Positions 13,381 through 27,701 of a stretch of DNA of 64,000 bases are shown piece after piece. The notes below the pieces were generated by a model. The model had not been told where the DNA came from, made no database searches, and saw only the letters and a list, made by a program, of their open reading frames with translations. A program made the position numbers and the translations under genes. The stretch lies in assembly GCA_050273025.1 (NCBI GenBank), contig CP158635.1, forward strand, positions 23,932,001 to 23,996,000, written 5' to 3'. Every line of letters begins with the position of its first letter. Position 1 is the first letter of the stretch. Origin of the DNA: Cenococcum geophilum. Its lineage: Eukaryota.

Positions 13381-13749
13381 ACAGCTCTACGCAGAGGGCT
13401 GGTGGCGTGGGCGTAAGCGTTCAGCGTTGGTGTTTACTGCGCGGCTCGGCGAGGTAGAATTAGGGCCTCTACCGCAACAAATTCCTCTTAACGTCGCGCG
13501 TGTATAAGAAGCTGAAGATCTTATAACTTATAGAGTAGGCTTTTCTCTATAATTTGGTGTAATTTTTATGTTAATAGGTATTGTGGAAGGGTAGATTAAT
13601 TTTGTTAAAGTTAATAAGGTCTTCTTATATAAACCATATTTAGGTTTTCTATAAAGCTCGCCAAAGTGCCTTAGACTAAGAAAACGATTACCGTTCTAAA
13701 TTAGCTTAGCGGACGGTGCGGATATTCCTATATCCGCATAATCGATTTC

Positions 13750-16700
13750 TTGGTATGAGAGGCCTGGCTGATCGTCGGTTAGCCGAAAAATTACGTGTTC
13801 AGCCAGCCACCTAGGTTAGATTTGAGGATCTCCATAGCGCCACTAGCGCCAAGCTGAGGAGATTCGCGTATCTAGGGCCACCCGCTGATTGAGCCGCTGA
13901 TTGACCCCGACCGTAGGGTAATTAGGGGCATTAGGGCCCCAAGTATATATAAAAAAGTCCTCTCTGCCTAATCCTCAATCGCGGCAGCACGTCTACTATT
14001 ATACCTACTATATAAGATAGCGCTGACCAACCGCGTAGAGATTAATATTACTAATAATGCCGAATTACGCGCTAACGTGTAGTATGTCCTTACCCTTACG
14101 CGTGCTATAAGGCCTAAGAACACGTCTTTAACGTACAATCTAAAGTAGAAGGAGTTTAAGGTAATACCCCCCCTCTTCTAAAAGCATCGCGGCCCGTAAC
14201 TAACACGTTATTTAGCCCTAGGCCTTTTATAAATAGAAGCAGTACTATAATAGCAATACCGTTACGGAGAATAAGCTACTTCTTTTTCTTATTAAGGAGG
14301 TTATAAGCTAGCCCTTAAAAGGGAAGAGCCGTAAAGCTAATATTAACGTACCCTAAGAGGAGACGCGGCTCTTATGGCGGTTAGTTTGCAGCTATATTAC
14401 CGCTCTAACGGACCTCTATTAGATGTAGAAAGCCATAAAAATAAATAGCTACCCGTCTCCGTAGAAGGACAGCGTTAGGGAGTACCTAAAAACGCTATAG
14501 CGGAGGGATACGCAGCGTAAGAAAGAGCAGTTCGCTAATAAGGGTAGAGATACCCTCCTTAATAGCTATACTAAGGACAAATTCCAGAGCGTTTACTATA
14601 AGCTTTAGGCTAGGGGCGCTGCCTTGTCCCTAGAGTGCTACTTCTATACGCTTATTAATATCCTGCTAGGCCACTATATACTTACCCGCGGCGGTAATAG
14701 ATACTCCGCCAAGATCTTAGATCTATTTACCTTTAAGTTTAAGGGTAAAGGCCCTACGCGCTATATGCCCTTAATATTTACTATACGCGTAGGTAAGTAG
14801 AACTAGTATAGCCGCCTTAAGACTATTAGGGCCCTACGGAATAGAAAGCCGCTTATTTATATACTTAGCGGGCTAGCTTTCTATCTCTTATACCGCTAGA
14901 ATCTTAGTATAAAGCCGTTCCCGGACTTTAGTAGGCGCTTAGTATAGTATAATATATACCTAATTAAGAGCGGTAGGGACTGTAAGGCGGCCCTTTATAA
15001 CGGAACCTTATAGTAGGTACTACGATGGGCTCGTTATTAGGCTAGGTGTGTAGGTAAAGTAAGTTAAAGTTAACAACGTAATAATAACTAGTGGAGTAGT
15101 TGCCTAATAGATTAACTCTAATTATATTCTAAGAATTACTATAAAGAAGGAACTATCTAGGTAGGGACTGTGGTCCTTTAAATATATAACTATACTCTTA
15201 AGAAATCTTCCTTATATATAATATACGTGTGCTCTATCTACTCTATTATAGATTATATAGATTATATAGATTATACAGATCACCCCACATGACCTCGGTT
15301 ACTATTTCTCGTCATATAGCTCTACCAGCTCCATCCTAGACTATGCCTAAATTAACTAACTAGCTTCTTTCGACTCTTCCCTAAGTAGTTATAATATTGT
15401 ACTTAAAGCGTCCATAACACTATCTCCCTCCTTTTTATCTTTGTCCTTAAAGATCCTAAACATCTCTAAGTTATTTACTAGAGGTATAATATCCGTCTAA
15501 TTAATTTGGTTAATATTATTGCTTATTATACCTAAAGCAATTTCTTCTTCTTTAACTGCTCGTCGTGCTTATACTATTATTATAATATTATCTCTTAGTG
15601 AGATTATACCGTCTCTGTGTTCTTATTATTTAAAAGAGGGGTTAGTTTATATTACGTTAGCGAACCCATCTTCGTAACAACCGTTCTTTTACTTAGAGTG
15701 CACTAAAGCGAATATTTGTTTGTCCTATGACGTTCGCTCCGTCTCTAATGCCAAATATACGCAACCTATTACTCTTAATAGTCGTCTAGTTCCCTAATTA
15801 ATTTATCTTAGGGTCTTATATTTAATCTACTATTACGCGGCTAGATAATAAACTATTTATTGCTTTTGCGGAACTGCGTTGTTCCTAGGACGCTAAATAG
15901 GAGGCTGCCAATACTTAGTAAAGGGCCCTTAAGTCTTATCTGGCTGCGTCTACTCAACTAATCTATCTTAAGAAGGTTCGTAAGAAGGTATATTCTAAGG
16001 AGTGGAAACTTATAGAATAGGGTTTATAGGAACTTAGTAATAAAAGAATGGATTCTCCTCTAATAGAGAAGGAAATAGATCTAAGTAGTTCGGTAACTGC
16101 TCTTCTTAGATCCCCCTTAAGTGACTTATTCTTTAGCGATCCTTCTTTATTAATACTGCCTAACCTAATCTCTTTTAATACTTTCGTACCTTTCCTATAG
16201 CGTTCTTTAGATTCTTTAGTAGCTCCTAGGTAGTCTTAGTATAGCCTATCCACTTAACCTTGTACTATATTTTATTATTAATATCCTTATAATTAACAAT
16301 CTTCGAAACTTGCCATTTATCCTCTTCTTATCCTCTATATATGTCTGCCTTATAAACTAGTAGCTTAACATTCCTATATACTAGCTCTAGTATTATAATA
16401 TACTATATAAGGTAGATCTTTATTTTGGCTAGTAGGTTTAACTTAAATATAACTGGTGAAATCTTCTACGTAATTTTAAAAGGTCCTAGTCTAATGTAGT
16501 CTAATTTCTTGCTTAGTTGTTAACTCTTAAAATTTTTATATAATAGCCATACTTTACCTCCCTCCTTAAGATCTAGTCCCTTAGATCTTTTAGCATTATA
16601 GTACCTTTTTATTCTCTCTTATACTTTCTTTACTAATTCCATAAGGTCTATATAAAGATTCATTAACGTCTTTATCCTTTCTTTAGCTCTGCTACTTATT

Positions 16701-19700
16701 TTCTTTACTTATTATAGTAATAACGATATTCTTAGCTTATATCTATAATTTGCTTTAAATAGTAATATACTTATTCCTTTTTAAGGTGTTGCATTATATA
16801 CAAACTATATAACTAGTAATAGCGATACCCAGTTATTCTGCGCGTAATTAATATAGTGCCTTAGATACTACTCTAGTGTTTAATTTAATCTTTCCGTTTA
16901 ACCGTCTATCTATAAATAATATACGGTAAAAGTCGCTGCTTTAACTCCTTGTTCCGCTAAGAATACTTCCTAAAATGCTACTATAAATCTTAGATCTCTG
17001 TCTAATATAATCTTACTTAATACTCCATGCCTTATAAACACTTCTTTAATATAAATTCTAGCGATATCTTCCGCTAAGATTTCTTCTGTATATGCTATAA
17101 AGTATCCCCACTTTATAAGCTTGTTTACTATTACTAAGATTATATCCTAATCTTATCCGGTAATAGGATCTCTTAATTTTAGTAACTTAATAATAAAGTC
17201 CTATAATATAACCTTCTATAGTCTTTCTGGTGTTTTAATAGGTTATAGCCCTTTATACGGCTTATGCCTTATTAGTTTATTTCTTTAGCAATCTAGATAT
17301 TCTTTTATAACTTTTCACGCTAAGCCCTAGATTTTATTAATAATATATTCCTCTTAGAGTCTTAATACTAAGCCCATAGCTCCATTATATCCTTAAGTTA
17401 ATCCCTTATAAAATTCTTTCATAAATTGCTCTGCTATGCTTCTTAGGATATACTTAGCTTCTCGGTTTTCGTATATATCCATCTATAGATCTTTTAGCTA
17501 TGCTTCTAGAATTCTTTATACCTAAAAGCTTTCTAGTGTCTTATAGACTCTTTTTAATTTATCTTCTTAAGTTGCTGTAATTTTTAGATAATTGTACCTG
17601 ATTAATCCATCTATATCTTTTTATAGTAAAGCCCCTAATAGCTTCTTATTGTTCTATAGTTTAGCCTTATAACTTAAAGTATCTACTCTCGTATTATCTG
17701 TACCCTTAGTATACTAAATCTTAAAATAGTATTCCGTAAGCATCTCTGCCCATCTAACCTATCTTTAGTTAAGTTCCTTTATTATTAGGAATCCTATTAG
17801 GTTCTTATAATCCGTCTTAACTATAAATAGTTTTTCTATACCTTGTAAGAATACTCTTTATTTCTTTAGTGCTATAACTATACCTAATAACTCCTTATTG
17901 TAAATGTTATAGTTTAACTCTAGTAGTATTATCTTTTAACTATAGTATGCCACTAGGTGCTATCTATCTTAATATTTCTATATAAAGTATACCCCTAGTA
18001 TATAATCTAATGCATCTATCTCTATAACCGTCTCTAGTTTTGGTTAATAGATTTTAAGAACTAGCTCCTAGGTAAACAACTCCTTAACTTTTTTAAAAAG
18101 TTTTTACTATTCCTCTCCCTATACCTATAGTTCTTCTTTCTTTATTAATCGCGTAAATAGTTTAATATCTTTTAACCATTACGCTATAAACCTTTTATAG
18201 TAATTGCAAAACCCTAGGAATAATCTTAACTACGTAATATTCTTTAGTTCTTACTAATTCACTATAGCCTTAATCTTCTTTAAATCTATACTAAGTTGGC
18301 CTAGTTTAATAATAAATTTAATAAAATTGGTCTTCCTGGTAAAGAACTCGCATTTCTTAATTATTACTAGCATTTATTCTTCCTGTAGTCTCTTTAAGAC
18401 CTATTTAACGTATTCTCCGTGTTCTTCCTTACTTATTAAGTAGATAATAATATTATTAAGGTATACCATAATAAATTTATCCAAGTATTCTCCTAATATA
18501 TTATTAATACGCTTCTAAAACGTTGCTAGTACATTTATAAGCCCGAATTATATAACTAATAGTTTATATAGTCCTTCCTTTAACCTAAAGGCTGCCTTTT
18601 ATTTATTACCTTCCTTAATCCTAATCTAGTAGTACGCCTATCTTAGATCTATCTTTATAAAGATTTACGTATTACCTATCCTATCTTAGATTTCGCTAAT
18701 TAAGGGTAAAGGATACCTATCCTTTTTAGTAATACTGTTTAACTATCTATAGTTAATATATAGCCTTAGTTTACCATTCTTCTTTAGTATAAATAGTACT
18801 AGATAACCCGCTAATGACTACGATAGTCTAATATATCCCTTTTATAGGTTTTCCTAAACAAACTCTTTTAATACTCTACCTTCTTCTTTAGTAAGCTTAT
18901 AGATTAGAAAAAACCTTAGACTTATTCCTAGTTCTAATTCTATCTTATAGTCCCATACTATATATTTTAACAGCTTTTTACTTTCTAGTAACTAAAGTTT
19001 CTTACCGTACTTATAGTATCTCTTTAGTATATAACTTAGTCCTTTTTCTATTTCTTTATAGGTTGCTTTTACTTAGTACTATACCAACTTAGCTTATTAT
19101 CGCAACTTGCGGCATTAAGTATCTTTAATATTAACCTAACCTATAACCTAATCAATCTTTAGATTATATTCCTGTAACTAAGGTATTCCTAATACTACCT
19201 TATTGTTTCCTAATAGTAATATATTAAAAGACATCTTAATCTGTCTCCCTTTAATGGTTAACTAAATAGGTCCTATTTTAAGATTAATAATGCCTCCTCT
19301 ATAGGCTATTAGATCTCCTAAAATTGTCACTAATAAGTAAGGTTCCTCCTTTTACTTATAAGGTAAACCTATTCTTTTAACTACTGTTAGTAAAATATGG
19401 TTCCTTATTACTCCACTATCTATTAACACTTTAAACTATTAATCCTACTATTTTACTCATAAATTTAGGTATTATCCTTAAATTCCTTTAAGGGTCTAAG
19501 GCTCTACTACTAGCTCCCTCTAGTTCTATAGGCCTCTACTTTTCCTAACTATTAGCTACTTAATCCTGTTTGTACTTAGTCTAACTTAGGTTAATACTTA
19601 GTTTACTTTTTATCTTTAATATACTATAGACACGTGTTCTCTAGGTATTCCCACCACTATTATCCGTCTAGGTATTCTTTTATAAGGAATTTTTTTAGTT

Positions 19701-22700
19701 AAAGTATTAAGTTACCTAACTCCTAAACTTCTACTAGATACTAGCTATATATATACTTAGCATTCCGGTATTTCTATTCCTTAGTTATCTAATATATTCT
19801 TATAGGATATTTTCAATGCTTATCTTTTAGTGCTTTGTATATGTTACACGCATCGTCTATATATGCGATCTACGTTAATATATAGTATACTAGGTGCTTT
19901 AGGTCAACTCTTAGCTCGTCTTTATTCTTAAGTTTAAACCTCTATCGTATTAATCTAAACATTACGACTTTATTTATAGGTATTAAGATACGTCTCTTAC
20001 TTCTCTAGTCCTCTAAACATTCCTTTAGATCTCTTAATGTTATAATTAAGGCTCTCTTAATATAACTTATTGCTTTTTCCATAATTAGGTGGTTTTAGAT
20101 AACTTTTTCGTTTAACCACATATAGAAATCTTCCCATTCGTCGTTGTGCCTCTACCTATACCACTTTTAGTATAGCTACTAGAGTATATACGGCTCGTCC
20201 ATAAGGAAGTATCTTCTTATTACTGCGTCATAACAGCCCTTTATATATCGTTCTTTAAATCTAGCTAAAATCCCTAGATCCTCTTCTTATTCTAGTTTAG
20301 TAAGCCACTTAGCTCTTAGTATACCTACTCTAGGCCTATTAGTAATTCTTTGTACTAATACTCTATCCCTTATATATCCCAATATACTAGATCTCTTATC
20401 TAGTTTCTGTTCTTGCTATAAGGTAATTCTTACTCTAAATTCCTCTATAGTTTCTTTCTTTTCGCGTCTTATAAGTAGATCCTTAAAGTCTTCTTACTTC
20501 TTAATCTTGGTATTAACTTTTCGATCTTTAGGCTAAATATTATATTCCCCTAGTAAGTCTTCTAGGTCTATATATTTGTCTCCTAGTCTAGTTACTATTT
20601 ATATTACGGATTCTCTAATCTAGTTAATAGTCCTTATTTATGTTTTAAAATCTTAGTCCTATAAAATTCTTAATCCTAAGCTTGCTTCTAACTTAAGCTT
20701 AGCTCCTCCCTTAGTCTAACTAGGCTTATTTAGTGTTCTTATCTCGTCTTAAAAGTCTTAAATCTCACTTATCTCGTCTTAAGAGTCTTATACCTATAGG
20801 AAACTCTATCCCAAGCTTATTTATATATCTTTAAACTAAGCTACTGCCCTACTCCATTAATTTTTGTCCATTATAGGTCCTTAGGTCTGCCTCATCTCGT
20901 CTTAAGAATCTTAGTTATCTCTTATCTTATTATAAGAATCTTAAGCCTTTAGCTTCTTGCCTTTTCTAAGTACTAAAGTAGTTTGCTGTCCTACTTCTCT
21001 TACGTCTTATAAAGCGATAGACATTATATCTAGTGGGGTCTTAATCCCTACTAATATTCCCTATTCTATAATAGAATTATCTTCTACCTCTATTATAATA
21101 TCTCTAAGGTCTACGTGCTCCCAGTAAGCCGCCTTCATCGCCTTATTATTACGGAATGTTTCGCCTTTATTAGATTTATTGTCTTTAATATCCGGTCTAC
21201 GAACTGGTTTATTAGTTCCTCTACACTCTATAGATTTTAACTCTTATAGCTAGTAGCTTGCGCCGTACTTAGCGTCTTTATAAATTTGGTATATGTTATT
21301 ATAACAAAATATAAAGCTTTTAATTAAACATTCCTTTATTCCTCGTAGTATATTATTATCCCTCTATATATATATATCTTCTACTATTAATCTGGTTCCC
21401 TTTATTACATAGTAACTCTAACTATCTTTACAATCCCTTATAAAATAACCCTACTTTCCGCAATTTATATAAGCTCCATCTTTAAACTATTAACTTTACT
21501 ATAGAGTCCGCCTAAACATCTTCTGCTACTAAGATCCCTGGTTTAGCCTCTACTCCTTAGTCCTATAATTACTAGATCCTTAACCTCTAGGTTTTTACAG
21601 TTTCTTACTCCATCTCTTATAGGCTTCTTTAGTACTACTTAGGTCTATTAGCTCTACGCCATACCATAGTTTCTAACTTAGCTTTGGTTGTTGCGTACTT
21701 TACATCTTATATAACTGTAGAACTCTATCCTAACCTCTCTTAGTCTATTCCCTCTAGTAAATCCAATTATTAATCTTAATCGCCTAATCTATTAAGTCCC
21801 TTAAGGTGTCCGCATCTTCTATTAGAATAATTACGTCCTAGACTTTAGCCTTAAGTCCTTACTTATACTATGCCATAAGTGCCTTATTATTCCACTCTAC
21901 TTATATCGCTAGCGTCTAGAACTATATCATATACTTAATTGCCGAGGTTTATTGCGTAATATCTTAGAGTTTTCTTTCCGCCGTAGTTACTGCCTCTAGG
22001 TCTCTAAATATTTATATAAGTCGTTCTACAAATCCTTCCTAGCTTAAGAATATAAATCGCACCTCTTAATTAGTGGTTGTCATTCCATTTATCTATATTT
22101 CTATAAGGTAAGGCTTAAACCACTTAAGTGCTCTTCCTAATAGGAATAGTCCTGCATAGGCTATTCAATCTATAGGTGTTAGTAGCTTTACCCCTTCCTA
22201 CGTAACTTTAAAGTGCATTTACGTAAGGAATCCCTTAAGCTTCGATCTCTCTCCTAAGAATCTTTTAATTAATAGTAACTTAACCTTTACTACTCTAATC
22301 CCGTTAACCCTTTCTTCTAATGCTGCATTATTAGCTATTAACTAGTTAATTACCTCTTATAGTTGTCCGACCGTCACAGGTTGCTATAAATTAGTATCTG
22401 CTATACTAGTGTCGTTTCCTAACCTTAAAGTAGTTGCCGCCGTCAATGGCGTTATAGTGGCTATCTTTAGTGGCATATTATTTAACTTTCTATACTTATA
22501 ACCGTAACTGGGTAGTAATTATATAACGGAACCTTGTAGTAGATACTACGATGGGCTTATTATTAGGCTAGGTATATAGGTAAAGTAAGTTAAAGTTAAC
22601 AACGTAATAATAATTAGTGGAGTGGTTGCCTAACAGATTAACTCTAATTATATTCTAAGAATCACTATAAAGAAGGAACTATCTAGGTAGGGACTATAGT

Positions 22701-24644
22701 CCTTTAAATATATAACCATACTCCTAAGAAATCTTCCTTATACGTAATATACGTATACTCTATCTACTCTATTACAAATCACATAGATTGTATAGATTAT
22801 ATAGATTACCCCACGTAACCTCGGTTACCATTCCTCGTCATATAGCTCTACCGGCTCCATTCTGGACCGTGCCTAAATCAACCAACTAGCTTCTTCTAAC
22901 TCTTCCCCAAGTAGTTATAATATCGTACTTAAAGCGTCCGTAACACCCTTTTATATAACTTGTAGCGAGATTAGGTTATAAAGGCCTTCTAGTATATCGG
23001 CGTCTTTTTAAAGAAGAAGACGTATATTAAGCGGAGCGCTAGCGCTAAAACGGCGAAGCTAAAGGGGGTTAGTAAGGACCAGATTTAACGCGCTAGGAGG
23101 TAGAACTAAGAGTAGATAGTAGGCTATTACTTAAACTCTCTTCCGCAAGAGTTTATAAGGTTAATAGTAGAATACCCCTTATAGATAGGCTACTTTAAAA
23201 TTCACTATATGGGTATTACGCCGCCTAATATACTGCTATTAATAATATAGCCTAAACTAGATAAATAGAAGCGCCGTTTTAGCCTATAGCTATATTAGAT
23301 TAACGACCTTACTGCTATAGGGGTTATAAACCTTCTCTTTTACCTTTGCGAGGTCATTCTATAGGACTTAGTAACCCTCTATAAGATATTCCTAAGCTAT
23401 TTAGTATAGAGCTACCCTATTTTTCAGTATAAGGCGTATAAGGCCTTTATGTAGGATCTAGAGCCCTACCTATAGAAAGAGAAGGGGAGCCTAAATTAGC
23501 TGTTAATTCTCTACTAAGCTATACTACTCCTTATTAACTAATTAAAGGCTTTATATACTAAATATAAGTAGACAGCTAATAAGGTTAAGAGCTTATTAGA
23601 CTATTTAAATAAGTCCTAGTAGGCCTAATCTTTATAGCTTTAATTACTAACGTCTAGAGGCCTTACATTTTAATTAGAAGCCCCTTTAGCTATAACTGCG
23701 GCTATAGCTATAGTATAGCCTTAGGGCTAGTCTACTAACCCCCCACGTCCGCCTATAGAAGCGGCCCCTTTAGCTTTATCTGTTATAGGATTTAGCAGAT
23801 ATATATCCGCCTAGGCAAGCGCTATAGGCTCTTCTTCCTATATAGCTTTGCTACCACCGCTACCGCCGCCACTACTATAGCCGCAGCCGTAGCTATAGCC
23901 GTAGCCGCAGTCCCAGCTAGAGCCTAGGTCTAGGTCTCTACCTATATACTATATAAGCCGCGCGGTAAACTCTATATAGGCCCTTTAGCGTAAGTAAACT
24001 AAAGGGCTAGAAGGTAATCCTTTTATAGCAGCGCTAGATTCTAAATAGGGTAGTAAATAGCGGGCCGGCCGGCAAAAGGAGGTTTAATAGTACTCCCTAC
24101 GGCTTAAAATTATTAAGGAGATTAAGCGGGTTATATAGGTCTAAAAGGTTAGCGAGGAAGCGGCTATATAGTAGGTTAATCTACGGTAGGAGTAAATATA
24201 GTACTTACTAGATTAGCTTTATAAACGGCTTTAAGCGGGTAAAAAAGCTTTAAAATAGTTATATATATAACTTCTAATAAGATACTAAAAGGTCTTCTAT
24301 TAAAACCTTTATCTATAGCCCCCTAGGGGCTTATTTTAGTGCCGTATAAGTTTAATAGGGTGCTTTAGGGTACTTATATAATAGCGGCGCGTAACTTAAA
24401 ACGCGAATATCTTTATTAACCTATAGCCGATTCTTACCATTCTAGTATAAGTAAAAAGCTCTTAGTAGGCTCTACGCATAGCGCTTAACGGGTATTAAGA
24501 GCGTGGTATTGCTAGCGATTAAAAATTAACTGTAAATATAGGGTAATATTTATAGTCGCTAAACGCACGGGCCTCCTCGCCTATATAATCGTAACTTAGC
24601 CGCTAAATTAGCTATATAAACGTAACTATAGATATACTATTAGT
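13750..24644 (+). mobile_element. Crypton (tyrosine-recombinase transposon) copy 1, RIPed, interrupted by a Gypsy element
   Basis: RIP-corrected frame gives RPKNT..Y, DKLLLFL, KGRDTL, LTRGG, KKT(H)IGR, G(C)YLNSLP (YR/Ndc10-like domain) and a C-terminal Gcr1-like domain (..SRAVNS..AL.R(E)(W)T(E)GL). Net length 2935 bp after removing 14996-22950. Confidence 0.88.
14996..22945 (-). mobile_element. Ty3/Gypsy chromovirus, full length (7950 bp), RIPed, inserted in Crypton copy 1
   Basis: 424-bp LTRs at 14996-15419 and 22522-22945, 5-bp TSD CCCTT (14991-95, 22946-50), polypurine tract next to the left LTR, RT/RH/IN/chromodomain remnants. The empty site is visible in Crypton copy 2. Confidence 0.95.
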
Positions 24645-27579
24645 ATAAGAGGCCCGGCTAATCGTTAGTTAGCTGAAAAATTACATATTTAGCTAGCCAC
24701 CTAGGTTAGATTTAAGGATCTTTATAACACCACTAGCGCCAAGCTAAGGAGATTCGCGTATTTAGGGCCACCCGCTAATTAAGCCGCTAATTAACCCCGA
24801 CTATAGGGTAATTAGGGGCATTAGGGCCCTAAGTATATATAAAAAAGTCCTCCCTACCTAATCCTTAATCGCGGTAGCACGTCTACTATTATACCTACTA
24901 TATAAGATGGCGCTAACCAACCGCGTAAAAATTAATATCGCTAATAATGCTAAATTATGCGCTAACGCGTAGTATATTCTTGTCCTTACGTATACTATAA
25001 GGCCTAAGAATACGTCTTTAACGTATAATTTAAAGTAAAAGGAGTTTAAGGTAATACCCCCCCTCTTCTAAAAGCATCGCGGCCTATAACTAACGCATTA
25101 TCTAGCCCTAGGCCTTTTATAAATGGAAGTAGTATTATAATAGCGATACCGTTATAGAGGATAAGCTACTTCTTTTCCTTATTAAGGAGGTTATAAGCTA
25201 GCCCTTAAAAGGGAAAAGCTGTAAAGCCAATATTAATATACCCTAAGAGGAGACGCGGCTGTTATAGCGGTTAGTTTATAGCTATATTACCGCTTTAACG
25301 GACCTCTATTAGATATAAAAAGCTATAGGAATAAATAGCCACCCGTCTCTATAGGAGGACAGCGTTAGGGAGTACCTAAAGACGCTATAGCGGAGGAACG
25401 CGCAGCGTAAGAAAGAGTAGTTCGCTAATAAGGGTAGAGATACCCTTCTTAACGGCTATACTAAGGATAAGTTCCAGAGCGTTTGCCGTAAGCTCTAGGC
25501 CAGAGGCGCCGCCTTATCCCTAGAGTGCTACTTCTACACACTTATTAATATCCTGCTAGGCTAATATATACTTACCTATAGTAGTAATAGACGCTCCGCC
25601 AAGATCTTAGATCTATTTACCTTTAAGTTTAAGGGTAAAGGCCCTACGCGCTATATACCCTTAATATTTACTATACGTGTAGGTAAGCAAAACTAGTATA
25701 GCCGCCTTAAGACTATTAGGGCCCTATAGAATAGAAAGCCGCTTATTTATATGCTTAGTAGGCTAGCTTTCTATCTTCTATACCGCTAAGATCTTAATAC
25801 GGAGCTATTCCCGGACTTTAGTAGGCGCTTAGTATAGTATAATATACGCCTAATTAAGAGCGGTAGGGACCGTAAGGCGGCCCTTTTATATAACTTATAG
25901 CGAGATTAGGTTATAAAGGCCTTTTAGTATATCGGCGTCTTCTTAGAGAAGAAGACGTATATTAGGTAGAGCGCTAGCGCTAAAATAGCGGAGCTAAAGA
26001 GGGTTAGCGAGGACTAGATTTAGCACGCTAGGAGGTAAAACTAAGAGTAGATAATAGGCTATTACTTAAACTCTCTCCCGCGAGAGTTTATAAGGTTAAT
26101 AGTAGGATACCTCTTATAAATGGGTTACTTTAAAATCTACTATATAGGTATTATGCCGCCTAACGTACTGCTATTAATAATATAGCCCAAACTAGATAAA
26201 TAGAAGGGCCGCTTTAGCCTATAGCTATACTAGATTAACGACCTTACCGCTATAGGGGTTACAAACCTTCTCTTTTACCTCCGTGAGGTTATTCTATAGG
26301 ACTTAGTAACCCTCTATAAGATATTCCTAAGCTATCTAGTATAGAGCCACCCTATTTTTCAGTATAAGGCGTATAAGGCCTTCGCGTAGGATCTAGAGCC
26401 CTACCTATAGAAAGAGAAGGGGAGCCTAAATTAGCTATTAATTCTCTACTAAGCTATACTACTCCTTACTAACTAACTAAAGGCTTTACGTACTAAATAT
26501 AAATAGATAGCTAGTAAGGTTAAGGGCTTATTAGACTATTTAAATAAGTCCTAGCGGGCCTAATCTTTATAGCTTTAATTACTAACGTTTAGAGGCCTTA
26601 CATTTTAACTAAAAGCCCCTTTAGCTATAGCTACGGCTACGGCTATAGTATAGCCTTAGGGCCGGTCTACTAACCCCCCGCGTCCGCTTATAGAAGTAGC
26701 CCTTTTAGCTCTATCTATTACGGGATCTAGTAGATATATATCCGCCTAAGTAAGCGCTATAGGCTCTCCTTCCTATATAGCTTTGCTACCGCCGCCGCTA
26801 CCGCCGCTGCTATAGCCGTAGCTATAGCCGTAGCCGTAGCCACAGTTCTAGCTAAAGCCTAGGTCTGGGTCTCTACCTATATACTATATAAGCCGCACAA
26901 TAAACTCTGTATGGGCCCTTTAGCGTAAGTAGACTAAAGGGCTAAAAGGCAATCCTTTTATAGTAGCGCTAGATTCTAAATAGGGTAGTAAATAGCGGGC
27001 TAGCCGGTAAAAGGAGGTTTAATAGTACTCCCTATGGCTTAAGGTTATTAAGGAGATTAAGCGGGTCGTGTAGGTCTAGAAGGTTAGTAAGGAAGCGGCT
27101 ATATAATAGGTTAATCTACGGTAGGAGCAAATATAGTACTTGCTAGATTAGCTTTATAAACGGCTTTAAGCGGGTAGAAAAGCTTTAAAATAGTTATATA
27201 TATAACTTCTAATAAGATACTAAAAGGTCTTCTATTAAAACCTTTATCTATAGCCCCCTAGGGGCTTATTTTAGTGCCATATAAGTTTAATAGGGTGCTT
27301 TAGGGTGCTTATACAATAGCGACGCGCAACTTAAAACGCGAATATCTTTATTAACCTATGGCCGATTCTTACCATTCTAGTGCAAGTAGAAAGCTCTTAG
27401 CAGGCTCTACGTATAGCGCTTAACGGGTATTAAGAGCGCGGTGTTGCTAGCGATTAAAAATTGACTATAGATATGGGGTAATATCTACAGTCGCTAAACG
27501 CACGGGCCTCCTCGCCTGCGTAATCGTAACTCAGCCGCTGAATTAGCTATATAAACGTAACTATGGATATACTATTGGT
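24640..27579 (+). mobile_element. Crypton copy 2, uninterrupted, RIPed
   Basis: Collinear with copy 1. ATG at 24907, intron GTAATA...CTAAC...CTAG at about 25051-25111, ORF ends near 27190. Bounded by TT(G/A)GT direct repeats, no TIRs. Confidence 0.9.
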
Positions 27580-27701
27580 CTAAGCTTCTAAGGTAAGAAA
27601 CCGATAAATATCCGCAAGCTAACCTATTCGATTGATCTATCTGTTTCTTAGTCTAAGCCACTTTAGTAGGCTTTTAGAAGCTAAGCTACTTTATTTATAT
27701 A

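Noticed and set aside
13032..13507. ORFs with SSAR, ELRA, TKLC and QSFV repeats, and a possible CRISPR-like array
   Set aside because: They are translations of a 12-bp tandem minisatellite. There are no unique spacers and the DNA is eukaryotic.
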